From contig CBDCWP010000030.1 in assembly GCA_965223505.1 (NCBI GenBank), forward strand, positions 96,001-160,000: a stretch of DNA of 64,000 nucleotides. Reading direction: 5' to 3'. The DNA is from Planctomycetota bacterium. GTDB lineage: Bacteria; Planctomycetota; PLA2; JAEUHO01. How positions within the stretch are numbered: the stretch's first letter is position 1; each line of letters begins with the position of its first letter. Under the pieces are notes generated by a model that did not search any database, was not told the DNA's origin, and saw only the letters and a list, made by a program, of their open reading frames with translations. The position numbers were made by a program, and so were the translations under genes. This document shows, piece by piece, positions 9,363 to 18,667 of this stretch.

Positions 9363-12300
9363 TCATTTCTTCTCCCCAACCTCGCTTGTCTTCTCCTTGG
9401 CTTCCTGCGCCCGCCGCCAGGCGGGATGAATGGCGCCGGTCAGCCGCAGGTCGTCGATGATCATCGGGGTCCACGTCAGGATCTGCAGCAGGCCCGTGCC
9501 CTTGCTCATCCGGAGGCCCGCACGCTGCGTGCCGGAACCGACCTTCCGCCACTCGGACCGCTGGATGGTGTACACGTTTTGGAAGGTCGGTTCCGCCACG
9601 CCCTTCGGTTCGTTGGCGACCCAGAGCTCCAGCTTGTCCACGTTGCGCACGATGCGGATGCGCCCGCGGAACGCCGGCGGCAACGCGAACAGCTCGGGCT
9701 TGAGGCTGCCGTCGAGCGGGTCGGTCTGCCTGCTCCAGCGCTCGAAGTGCCGGCCTTGGTGCTTGTCTTGCCAGTGCCACTTGTCGCCGTTCCACAACTT
9801 GCCGAACCCCGGGCCGTCGTGATAGCCGATTCCGCGGCCGCGGCCGTAGTAGTCCACCAGCGTCTTGCCGTCCTTCCCGAGCTGCTCGAGCGAGAGCGGG
9901 ATGCGCCAGGCGGGATGGAAGTTCGGGTCGGCCGAGACGATTGCGAGTTGCACGCCGTCGATGTCGAACGCGAGCACCACCGAGCCGCCGAGAAGGTTGA
10001 CCGAAAACTCCAGGGAGATCTCGTAGCCCGGATCGAACATCGACTCGATCGACAACGGACGGCCTCGCCGAAGGCCCGGCTCGCCGGCGAGCAGGTGCAG
10101 GTAGCGCTCGGTCACCGGATCGGGCGACACGACCGCGCCGGCCTCGAGCTCGAGCCGCCCGAGCACGTGCTTGAAGTTCTTCATCTGCTCGGCGTCGTCG
10201 AAATTGACCAGGATCTCGACCCGCTTCTTGCCGTCGAGTGCCGGGGGTGCGGCCTTGGGAATGAAGCCCCGCAACCACAGCGCGAGCTTGTTGTTCTCCA
10301 GCTCCGCGTTGCATTGGCGCAGCAGCTGTTCTGCGCTCTCTCGGAACTTCTCCTTCGCTTCGGTCTCGAAGGGGTCGTCCAGGAACGCCTCGAACTTCCG
10401 CTTGGCGGTGTACCAGGAGTCTTCGCCGTGCAGCGCCTTTCCGGCGCGATAGTTGTCGAACGCCAGGCTCTCACGTTCGTCCTGAAGCCCGCGCAGCCTC
10501 TGGTAGTTGCGGTCGACGTACTTCGACCAGACGCCGAGATAGTCCGCTTTGGCCATCGCCGCCTGGATCCTGCCATAGTCCCGGAGCGCCGGGCGCAGGT
10601 CCTTCGCAGCGGCGTCGACCGGCTCGACCAGCGCGACGTCGATGATCAGGAGGGACTGTTTGTCGATGGGCCGCTTCGTCGCCCAGTTGCGCAGCTGTTG
10701 GAGCGGGAAGTCGCGTTCCAGCTCGAAGGTCTGGGTGCTCTTGGATGAGCCGCGTCCCCAGGTCGCGACGACGGTCCGGTCGTCGCCGCCGACGGACTGA
10801 ACGCGAAACTTCTGGACCGTGATCACGCTGCCGTTCGGCAGCCGTCGCTTCACGTCGGACGGCTCCGCATCGACCTGCGTCTTGACGTACTCGAATGCGG
10901 CGGCGAACACCTGCTCGAGCGCGTCGGACGCGGTACTCAGCTGATCGATCAACGCGCGGCGCGGCCAGGCGTTGGGGTCGTCGCTCGCGCGCTGCACCGA
11001 ACGCTCGATGCCATCGCGGTCCCCGGCTCGCAAGGCCTCCAAGACGTCACTCAACGTCCGCTCGAAGAGCGACTCCGCCGACTGAACGGCGATCTTGTGG
11101 CGGCTGAGCAGGCCGCTGAGCCGCACCTTCGCCTCGAACGCCTCCTCGGGATACATGCCCCAGCGCTCGAGGTCGCGGATGAACTTCTCGAGCATGTCGC
11201 GGGCCTCGCTCACCGCGTGGTCGGCATGCTTCTCCTCGAGCCGATCGATGTCCTGCTTGCGATCGCTCCACTGCGCTCGGAACTGGTCGTCGACGTCCCG
11301 CTCCAGCTTGTTCGTGATGCGCGTAACGTGGCCGGTGCGCTCGTCGCGCGCGTCGAGCGTCTCCAGCTTGCGCCAGTGAACGTGCGGTCCCCACAAGGCG
11401 CGGACCACCCTGCGCAGCGCCGTCACGTCGTCGAGAAGATCGGCGCGCAGCTTTCCGGCCTGATACGCGTCGAACGCGCGCTTGACGTGATCGGGCGTGT
11501 ACGCCTCGAGGAGTCGCTCGACCTCTCGTTCGATGTCACGCGCGGCCTTGGCAAGGGCCCTGGCGGTGCGCCGGTGGGTATCGAGCTCCGCGCGGGGTTC
11601 GGGCAGCCTGGGCGTGATGAACTCGTCGTTCAAAATGCCATCATCTTTGCTGGCGAGGCTCGTCCAGATCGCGACGAACTCCGCGAGATTGGAGGCGCCC
11701 CGGCTCTCGGCGCGTCGTACGAGTCCGCGCCAGGTGATGATCGAGTTGTACCGGATCCGCTCCTCGAGCTTGGCACTCGCAGAGAGCACCGGCCCCTGGG
11801 GCCGGTGTTGGACTTGATGCTCCAGACAGCGCTTCAGTGCGGAGTTGAACTTGAACTTGCCGAGCAGGTCATTGCACTCCGCCTCGATCTTGGCAAAGAG
11901 CTGGAATTGCCGCTGTAGCCCTTCGAGCTCTTTGATGCGTTCCTCGAGCTGCTGCGTATCCGGGGCGGAGATGCCGTGCTCGCTCTTGATCTCCTGGATC
12001 CGACGAAGCGCCCGACGGGCGTCGTCAAGCTTGCGATCGATCTCGGCCGCCGAATCGTCGTTCTCCGCCTCCGCGAGCTCGGCGGCAGGCTCTTGTATGT
12101 CCTGCGCGGTCCGGTGAGCGTCCTGCTTCTCGAAGTGGTCTTGCAGCATCGCCGCTCCGAGGCCGGCAATCAGGAGCGTGACCGCCGTAATGCCCGCGAT
12201 ACGCATGCGCTTCTTGTTGCGCCGGCGCAGCAGAAACGCTTCCCAGTTCCCCTGGAACCCTTCGGGGATGATCGATCGTCCGCCGACGATCTCGTCCACG

Positions 12301-13307
12301 TCGTCGACGACCTGCGCAGGCGTTTGATACCGAAGCGTCGGGTCCTTGAGCATCATGCGCTCGACGAGATAGCCCGTCTCCGGGCTGATCCGCTGGTTGC
12401 GCGCCCGGACCGGGGTGGGCTGCTCGTACAAGACCTTCGTGAGAATCTCCGCGAGGGTCGCGCCCTTGAAGGGCGGCCGCCCGGTCAGCATCGCGTAGAG
12501 CGTGGCGCCCAGACTGTAGATGTCGCTGCGGGTGTCGGCCTTGCGTGGATCTTCCGCCTGCTCGGGCGAGATGAACTGCGGCGTTCCCACCGTCGCGCCA
12601 TGCTGCGTCAGCTCGAGATCGACGGGCCCTTTCGCGAGTCCCAGGTCCATGAGCTTGGGCTCGCCGCCGCGCTTCGACATGAGCACGTTTCCGGGCTTGA
12701 CGTCGCGGTGGACGACGCCCATGCGACGCGCGCGCTCGAGCGCGTCCGCGAGCGCGCGCGCGATGCGCAGCGCCTCGTTCTCTGAGAGCGGGCCTTCGCG
12801 GTTGATGCGGTCGCGCAGCGTCTCGCCCTCGACGTACTCCATGACGACGTACGGGAAGCCGTTGCTCTCGCCGGCATCCAGGGCACGAACGATGTTGGGG
12901 TGATCGAGGCTGGCGAGGATCGACGCCTCGCTCTTCAGACGCTCGACGTGCGTCTTCTCGGAGATCAGCTCACGACGCAAGATCTTGATCGCGACGACGC
13001 GATGCAGGTTGAGGTGAATCGCCTTGTAGACGGTTCCCATCGCGCCGCGTCCGATCTTCTCGACGAGGCGGTAGCCCGCAATCTGCGTTTGCCGGCCCTC
13101 GGGCTCGATCAGCGCGTAGACCTGCTTCGCCTGCTCCTCGGCGAGCCATCCGCGCTTCACGAGGATGACCGCGAGCCGCTCGTCGATCTTGAGGTCCTCT
13201 GTCATGCGCTTCTGCAGCATGAAGGCCTCTTCGATCTGGGCCTCCGTAACGAAGCCGCGGCTCTGCGCCTCCTGAGCAAACAGGAAGTCCTCGTTGCGCA
13301 CGGTCAT
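9363..13307 (-). CDS. Membrane-anchored Hanks-type Ser/Thr protein kinase with large C-terminal region
   Basis: IGRGAMGTVY, VAIK, HRDVKPGN, DLGLAK and GTPQFISPEQ motifs. TM helix after RRRNKKR. Confidence 0.93.
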   Translation of the reverse strand: MTVRNEDFLFAQEAQSRGFVTEAQIEEAFMLQKRMTEDLKIDERLAVILVKRGWLAEEQAKQVYALIEPEGRQTQIAGYRLVEKIGRGAMGTVYKAIHLNLHRVVAIKILRRELISEKTHVERLKSEASILASLDHPNIVRALDAGESNGFPYVVMEYVEGETLRDRINREGPLSENEALRIARALADALERARRMGVVHRDVKPGNVLMSKRGGEPKLMDLGLAKGPVDLELTQHGATVGTPQFISPEQAEDPRKADTRSDIYSLGATLYAMLTGRPPFKGATLAEILTKVLYEQPTPVRARNQRISPETGYLVERMMLKDPTLRYQTPAQVVDDVDEIVGGRSIIPEGFQGNWEAFLLRRRNKKRMRIAGITAVTLLIAGLGAAMLQDHFEKQDAHRTAQDIQEPAAELAEAENDDSAAEIDRKLDDARRALRRIQEIKSEHGISAPDTQQLEERIKELEGLQRQFQLFAKIEAECNDLLGKFKFNSALKRCLEHQVQHRPQGPVLSASAKLEERIRYNSIITWRGLVRRAESRGASNLAEFVAIWTSLASKDDGILNDEFITPRLPEPRAELDTHRRTARALAKAARDIEREVERLLEAYTPDHVKRAFDAYQAGKLRADLLDDVTALRRVVRALWGPHVHWRKLETLDARDERTGHVTRITNKLERDVDDQFRAQWSDRKQDIDRLEEKHADHAVSEARDMLEKFIRDLERWGMYPEEAFEAKVRLSGLLSRHKIAVQSAESLFERTLSDVLEALRAGDRDGIERSVQRASDDPNAWPRRALIDQLSTASDALEQVFAAAFEYVKTQVDAEPSDVKRRLPNGSVITVQKFRVQSVGGDDRTVVATWGRGSSKSTQTFELERDFPLQQLRNWATKRPIDKQSLLIIDVALVEPVDAAAKDLRPALRDYGRIQAAMAKADYLGVWSKYVDRNYQRLRGLQDERESLAFDNYRAGKALHGEDSWYTAKRKFEAFLDDPFETEAKEKFRESAEQLLRQCNAELENNKLALWLRGFIPKAAPPALDGKKRVEILVNFDDAEQMKNFKHVLGRLELEAGAVVSPDPVTERYLHLLAGEPGLRRGRPLSIESMFDPGYEISLEFSVNLLGGSVVLAFDIDGVQLAIVSADPNFHPAWRIPLSLEQLGKDGKTLVDYYGRGRGIGYHDGPGFGKLWNGDKWHWQDKHQGRHFERWSRQTDPLDGSLKPELFALPPAFRGRIRIVRNVDKLELWVANEPKGVAEPTFQNVYTIQRSEWRKVGSGTQRAGLRMSKGTGLLQILTWTPMIIDDLRLTGAIHPAWRRAQEAKEKTSEVGEKK

Positions 13308-15067
13308 CGGTCGAACACCATCGCGTCGTCGGGGCTCGCGACGCTCTTGCGCCAGCCACGGTCATGGCGGAACTCGACGCGTGAGAAGTAGGGATAGCGG
13401 TCCAAGTACGACTTCAGATACAGCTGCGCCTGCTGGTCTTTCTTGGGATCGCCGGGCGAACCCTTGGTGAGGGTCTTCAGGCCCCAGAACTCGAGCATGA
13501 ACTCGTTCACGCGATGCGCGCAGGCGTCGATCGGGTCCTTGGCAAGCAGTCCGTACTTGCAACGGAAGCTGTTCTCGACCGCTTCGAGGCCGGCCCTCGA
13601 GATGCGGTTGCTCGTGTTCGCCTTGATCTTCGGCGCCTCCTCTTCCAGAACGCGCTCGAGCGCGATCCGGCACGGCGCGTCCTTGGCCATCCCCGTCTTG
13701 ACCGCATCTTCCAACGCCTCAACGGCTTGCTCGCGAAGCTCCTTGTCTTCGATGCGACCGAGGTGCAGCGCACGCAGGAGGCCGACGGCGGCATGAAAAC
13801 GCACGTCCCAACCGCCGCCCTCGGCGCGCGGCCTCTCCGCCGGATCCCGGAGGTACTCGCGGACGGCTTCGATGCCCTGGCGCGTCCCGTGCTGCCCGGC
13901 GTGCAGCAGGCACATGGCGAGGACGGGCGGCGCGGCGCGGCGACCGCTGTTCCCGGCGGCAACGCGGATGGCCGCGTCGAGGAACCACCGTTCCTCGCAG
14001 AAGAGCAGCATCTGCGCGGCGGCGATCGCGATCTCCGTCTTGGTGCTCGGCGTCTCGGCGATGTGCCAGAGCCTCTTCCATTCGAGGATCTTCTGGAACT
14101 TCCAGATGCAGACCCCCATCGCGAACACGGCCTCGGGCCCCTGCTTCTGATGGGAGAGATCCGCGCGGGAGAGACGCTTGAGGATCAGGTCGCTGTTCCC
14201 GGTCCACTCCGGCGGTCGATCGATCAGCATCCCGACGGACAGCGCCAGTGCGGCCGCTCGCTTCATGTCGCTGCTGTCGTCGTCGAGCGCGTCGAAGAAG
14301 GGGTCGATGTGGGGTTCGCCGAGAAAGGCCAGCGTGAGCAAGTGCGCCCACGGCGTTACGGGATCCGCGACGACCTTCGGATTCCAGCGTTCGTTGAGAC
14401 GCTGCAGGGTCACGTCGCCTCCGCGCTTGGCGAGCGCCATCAGGGCCATCGCGCGTACCTGCGCATTGTCGTCCAGCACGCGTCGCAGCAACACGCGATC
14501 CGCCTTCTGAAGGCTCCTCTGCATGGCGCCGCTTCGGTCGGGGTTCAGAATGTCCGGGACGCGACGATACCGATCGCGGTCGACCCCCTCTCGCCAGTGG
14601 AAGCAGCCGAGCGCAAGGCAACCGACGGCGCGTTGCCACGGATCCATGCTGTCGGCGTCCGCGATCTTGATGAGTGGGTTGAGGGTCTCCCACAGCTCCG
14701 GCGCGGGACCGCGGCGGTCACGCAGCGCGGCAACGGTGAGCGCACTGTTGATGATCGCCGTGTGGTTCCCACCGACCAGCTCGTCGATGAGCGCAGGAAC
14801 GCTCCACACGTGGTACTGCCAGACCAACCGCTCGCGCGCGACCGGCGTCTTGTTCTGGTCAGCGAACGAGTTGGCGATGATCGCGCGGATGATCGGGTCG
14901 TGGTGCGCGTCGGGCTCGGGGAAGAAGATCTGGGGCGGCACAGGCTCGAAGTCGCGCTCGTCTTCGGCTGAGGCGGGCAGAGCGCAGAGGAAGATGATCG
15001 CGAGCGCGGCGAGTCCGCGGCCCGCGAGGCGTCGCGTCGGGAGCTGGCGACCGGTCGAAGCCCTCAC
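13304..15067 (-). CDS. Secreted HEAT/armadillo-like helical repeat protein
   Basis: Signal peptide ending ASA. HEAT-like units (DDNAQVRAMALMALA, DVRFHAAVGL). 4-bp overlap with the kinase start. Confidence 0.65.
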   Translation of the reverse strand: MRASTGRQLPTRRLAGRGLAALAIIFLCALPASAEDERDFEPVPPQIFFPEPDAHHDPIIRAIIANSFADQNKTPVARERLVWQYHVWSVPALIDELVGGNHTAIINSALTVAALRDRRGPAPELWETLNPLIKIADADSMDPWQRAVGCLALGCFHWREGVDRDRYRRVPDILNPDRSGAMQRSLQKADRVLLRRVLDDNAQVRAMALMALAKRGGDVTLQRLNERWNPKVVADPVTPWAHLLTLAFLGEPHIDPFFDALDDDSSDMKRAAALALSVGMLIDRPPEWTGNSDLILKRLSRADLSHQKQGPEAVFAMGVCIWKFQKILEWKRLWHIAETPSTKTEIAIAAAQMLLFCEERWFLDAAIRVAAGNSGRRAAPPVLAMCLLHAGQHGTRQGIEAVREYLRDPAERPRAEGGGWDVRFHAAVGLLRALHLGRIEDKELREQAVEALEDAVKTGMAKDAPCRIALERVLEEEAPKIKANTSNRISRAGLEAVENSFRCKYGLLAKDPIDACAHRVNEFMLEFWGLKTLTKGSPGDPKKDQQAQLYLKSYLDRYPYFSRVEFRHDRGWRKSVASPDDAMVFDR

Positions 15068-15103
15068 AACACTCCAGTCTATCGGACCCGCGCACCGGCG
15101 GGT

Positions 15104-16642
15104 TCAGGGATGCTTGAGCCCGTTCTTGACGAAAGCCCGCCACTTCTCGTCGAGCTGCCGGAAGCTGACGCCGTAGGCCTCTTTCAGCGCGTCCTTCTCA
15201 TCGACGGGCACGCCCTGGGCGTCGGTCTTCTTCGTTAGGTCGATGAACTGCTTGAACTTGGCCGCGTCCCACTTGATGAGGCAGTCGACGACGCTCCAGG
15301 CCTTGACGAGCTCGACGTACCCGAATTGGTCGGTGCCCATCTTTGCGAGGCGCTTCATGGGCGGGTCGTTGCCGGCGTTGACGAGCGCGAGCAGCCCGGC
15401 TTTCCACTTGCTGCTGTTCGCCCAGATCGGCCCCTCGGTTCCGCCGCCCGATGCCGTCCCGCCCTTGCCGAGCGTGAACGACTGGGTGTACCCGTACGTC
15501 TCGAGCTCGAGGTGATAGGCATACCCCTCGCGCAGCCAGACGCTCGGGTACTTGTAGTTGATTCTGTAGCGGGTCAGCAAGATGAGCGCCACGTTGTGCA
15601 GCACGACGCTCGCAAACGTCTTGTCGGTCTCCGGGAACTGATAGGCGACGGCCGCCTTGCGGGGGTGCGTCCACCAGTAGCTGTGCTGGCGAGTCACCGA
15701 GCGGGTCCACCCGGGCACGAGGTCCTCGCAGTTCTCGGTCTCGTCGAACCACTTCGCGAAGCGCGCATACGAGGGCGCTTTCTTGAAGATCACGATCTGG
15801 ATGCGCTCGCCGATCTCCTCCGGGTAGTCGTTGCCCTGCGGCTTGAGCAATCGGCGTTGTAGTGCGTAGAACTCCTCGGCGGCCTTGGCGATGCGCTCGG
15901 TGATCTCCTTCGTCTGGTCACCGATGATGTCGAAGTGCGGCGTCCAGTGGTACTTGACCTTGAGGCGCGCGCCAGCCTTGATGTCCTGGACGTACTTCTT
16001 GCCTTCCTCGAACCCGACTTTTGTCCACTTGCCGTCGATGAGCTTCTCGCCGCGGCGCTTGTGGTACTCCTCCTCGGTGACCCAATCGTCACCGTCTTTC
16101 ATGAGGCCCTTCTCGCGGGCGTCCCGCTCCTCCGGCGTAACCCAGCCGCCCTTGTAGAAGACGAGACCCTTGGCCTTCATCTCGGCCTCGTACTTCTCCT
16201 TGAGGTACTGCTCCTTCTCCGACGGGCTCATCCACTGATCGTCGACGAGCTCGTGGCCGAGCATCTTGCGCGCGCGCTTGTCCTTGGGTTTGAGCTCGAT
16301 GATGCGTTCGAGGAACTGCGTGAGCTCATCTTCGAAGCCCTGCTTCTTCGCCCACTTGTGAAGCTCCCACATCTTCTTGGGGTCGTCCTTGGCGAGGCCG
16401 TATCGGAAGCTGAGCTGATTGCGGAGCGGGGGAACGGACGTGTTGACGAGCTTGACCTTGCTCCGCGGCAAGGTCTTGACACCGTCGAAGGTCGTCTTGA
16501 TGACCACGGTCTCTTCGTCTTGGCTGACGACCTCGCCTTCGAGGACCTCACCGTCGGTCGTGGTGACCGTGTGGGCGAGCGCGAGCGACGGAACACCCAT
16601 CACCAGGCCGAAGAGCCCTAGAATCAGGGGGCGGAAGCGCAT
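15104..16642 (-). CDS. Secreted protein with degenerate gluzincin/peptidase MA-like domain
   Basis: Signal peptide ending ALA. N-terminal TTDGEVLEGEV motif, repeated G-x5-G/D-x-W units, and WLREGYAYHLE. Confidence 0.6.
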   Translation of the reverse strand: MRFRPLILGLFGLVMGVPSLALAHTVTTTDGEVLEGEVVSQDEETVVIKTTFDGVKTLPRSKVKLVNTSVPPLRNQLSFRYGLAKDDPKKMWELHKWAKKQGFEDELTQFLERIIELKPKDKRARKMLGHELVDDQWMSPSEKEQYLKEKYEAEMKAKGLVFYKGGWVTPEERDAREKGLMKDGDDWVTEEEYHKRRGEKLIDGKWTKVGFEEGKKYVQDIKAGARLKVKYHWTPHFDIIGDQTKEITERIAKAAEEFYALQRRLLKPQGNDYPEEIGERIQIVIFKKAPSYARFAKWFDETENCEDLVPGWTRSVTRQHSYWWTHPRKAAVAYQFPETDKTFASVVLHNVALILLTRYRINYKYPSVWLREGYAYHLELETYGYTQSFTLGKGGTASGGGTEGPIWANSSKWKAGLLALVNAGNDPPMKRLAKMGTDQFGYVELVKAWSVVDCLIKWDAAKFKQFIDLTKKTDAQGVPVDEKDALKEAYGVSFRQLDEKWRAFVKNGLKHP

Positions 16643-16734
16643 CGTCGGGATTCCGGAGCCTCAAAGCTCCGAGTATATCGCCCCCGTGGCGGTCGACGTC
16701 GTTTGAGGGCCGCGTTCGCCGGTCGTGTACGGGC

Positions 16735-17043
16735 CTAGGACTCGCTGTCGTCGTCGGTGCCGGGGCACTTGCCCTTGCCCTTGCCCTTGCCCTTGCCTTT
16801 GCCCTTGCCCTTCCCCTTGCCTTTGCCCTTCCCCTTGCCTTTGCCCTTGCCCTTGCCCTTCCCCTTGCCTTTGCCCTTGCCCTTGCCACGGCGGCGGCGA
16901 CGGCCTTCATCCTCGCCTTCCTCCGCGAAGACGGTATTGGCGGCAAGTACGGTCGCCGGAACGGCTACGGCGAGCGCGGCAAAGCGCTTGAAGAGGCTGC
17001 GACGGTCGATCTCGCTCGACGTGTCCTGCGGGCAGTTGTCCAT
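16735..17043 (-). CDS. Tat-signal small protein with (Gly-Lys)20 tract
   Basis: RBS AAGGAG upstream. Tat motif DRRSLFK, h-region and VFA cleavage site. Repeat variation is only synonymous in this frame. Confidence 0.8.
   Translation of the reverse strand: MDNCPQDTSSEIDRRSLFKRFAALAVAVPATVLAANTVFAEEGEDEGRRRRRGKGKGKGKGKGKGKGKGKGKGKGKGKGKGKGKGKGKGKGKCPGTDDDSES
16768..16887 (-). repeat. Hexanucleotide tandem repeat, 20 units, encoding GK
   Basis: Plus-strand units cttgcc/tttgcc/cttccc, equal to GGC-AAG, GGC-AAA and GGG-AAG on the minus strand. Confidence 0.95.
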
Positions 17044-17118
17044 TCGTGGCTCCTTTTCTCGGCGGGTGACGTTGGAAGACTAGGGCTGCCTCCCGGCGCT
17101 TCAAGTCGAAAGTACGAC

Positions 17119-18480
17119 ATGAGCGCCCTTCTCAGGCTCCTCTCATCTTCGGATAAGAAACGGCTGCGAACGCCGCTAGATTGCGCCTCGATCATGCACA
17201 CCGAGACTCGACGACCGAAAGCGCCGCTCATGCAGTGGCTGGGCGAACACGGTGGACGCCTCGACGGCTGCCGGGCGGTCGCGGTGCCCGGAATGGGCAC
17301 GGGGCTGGTCGCGTCGCGCGACCTGCGCGAGGACGAGACGATCTTGTTCGTCCCCCGCGCCTGCTGGTTGACACGCAAGACGAAACAAACGCGCTTCGAG
17401 CCTCTCCTGACATGGGCGCAGGACGAGGGACTGTTCTCTCACAGCATGTCGCGTCTCGCGTTGCTCGTGTTGCTCGAACGGTACAATCCGTCCTCGTTCT
17501 TCGCGCCCTATCTGAGCGCGCTCTCGCCCCCGACACTTCCGGTCTCACTCAGCGAGAGCGAGGAGGCGGAACTGCAGGACCCGCTGCTCGGGACGTGGAT
17601 TCGAGAGCAAGGCAAGACCGTCGACGAAGAGTGGCGCCGATTGTCGAGCGCGCTTCCGCATCGGTTTCCGGATATCGTGACTCCGGGCGTCATCGACGCA
17701 TCGAGCTGGCACTGGGCATACGGGCATGTCGTCCAACGCACGTTCACCGTCGACGTGGACGACGAAGAGGTGTGGGTGTTGGTCCCGGGCATGGATCTGT
17801 GCAATCACGACTCGACTTCGCGCAACGCCTACTTCGCCGAAGAGGACGGGTGGCACCTGGAGACGACGCGTGCGCTGGGCGCGGGCGAGCCGATCACGAT
17901 CCACTACGGCAAGGAGAAGAACTCCGCCGACTTCTTCCTCTACTACGGATTCGTGCCACCCGACAACGTCAATGACCGGGTTTCCTTGCGTCTGGAACTC
18001 GACGCGACGGATCCCAACCGCGACGAGAAACGCGATGCGCTTGAGCTGCTTGGCCTCACGGACAAGTGCCGCGTCGGCGCCGACGGGGTGCTGCCGACGG
18101 CGTTCCTCAATGCGGCGCTGCTCTGGGGGCTAGCCGGCGACGAGTTCCGAGCGGAAGAGACCGACTGGCGGCAGCCGGGGTTCGAGAGCCGGACACTCGA
18201 TCGGTTGGCGGCGGTACTCGAGGAGCGGTTGGCGAGATTTCCGACAACGCTCGACGAAGACGGGGCCTTGTCGTCGTCGGCACCGGCCGAGGAATGGTCG
18301 CGGGCGCTCGTGTCATACCGCATCGCGTACAAGCGTGTGCTTCACGGCGCAGCCGACGCGATCCGGACGCGGGCGGCAGGCATTCGCGACGGCACGATCG
18401 AGTCGTGCCTACACGTGCCGGTCGATCCCGAAGCGAGCTACGGACTCGTCGATGTCACGGTGCGGGTCGGTGGTCGCTGA
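17119..18480 (+). CDS. SET-domain protein methyltransferase, Rubisco-LSMT/SETD3/SETD6 class, with C-terminal substrate-binding-like domain (start may be 17194 or 17230)
   Basis: GMGTGLVASRDL..ETILFVP, S.FAPYL..L, LVPGMDLCNHD and IHYG..NSADFFLYYGFVPPDNVND motifs. Helical C-terminus with FPTTLDED...YRIAYKRVL. Confidence 0.88.
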   Translation: MSALLRLLSSSDKKRLRTPLDCASIMHTETRRPKAPLMQWLGEHGGRLDGCRAVAVPGMGTGLVASRDLREDETILFVPRACWLTRKTKQTRFEPLLTWAQDEGLFSHSMSRLALLVLLERYNPSSFFAPYLSALSPPTLPVSLSESEEAELQDPLLGTWIREQGKTVDEEWRRLSSALPHRFPDIVTPGVIDASSWHWAYGHVVQRTFTVDVDDEEVWVLVPGMDLCNHDSTSRNAYFAEEDGWHLETTRALGAGEPITIHYGKEKNSADFFLYYGFVPPDNVNDRVSLRLELDATDPNRDEKRDALELLGLTDKCRVGADGVLPTAFLNAALLWGLAGDEFRAEETDWRQPGFESRTLDRLAAVLEERLARFPTTLDEDGALSSSAPAEEWSRALVSYRIAYKRVLHGAADAIRTRAAGIRDGTIESCLHVPVDPEASYGLVDVTVRVGGR

Positions 18481-18482
18481 TC

Positions 18483-18575
18483 TCAGATCCTGAGAGCCCG
18501 GCACGCCGCGAAGAGCGCGAGGATCAGAAGCGTGGCAGCGGCCGCACGTAGATTGAACTGCGTGGGGTAGCTCAT
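18483..18575 (-). CDS. 30-aa ORF consisting of a lipoprotein signal peptide (micro-protein or gene remnant)
   Basis: GGAGA RBS before ATG 18575. Sequence MSYPTQFNLRAAAATLLILALFAACRALRI with lipobox-like FAAC. Confidence 0.4.
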   Translation of the reverse strand: MSYPTQFNLRAAAATLLILALFAACRALRI

Positions 18576-18667
18576 GGTGGTCTCCAAGGGGCCGTGCGGT
18601 CGGGCCCTACGTACGGAACTCCCGATTCGCGCCGGAATTGGACGCGCGTCCCGCCGGAAGAACCACG

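Noticed and set aside
16768..16887. Possible CRISPR array (also the 27-bp repeats at 53145-53249)
   Set aside because: Contiguous coding tandem repeats with no spacers and no cas genes.
16725..17083. Poly-CP, poly-LP and poly-AR readings of the hexamer repeat
   Set aside because: Only the GK frame has an RBS, a Tat signal and purely synonymous variation.
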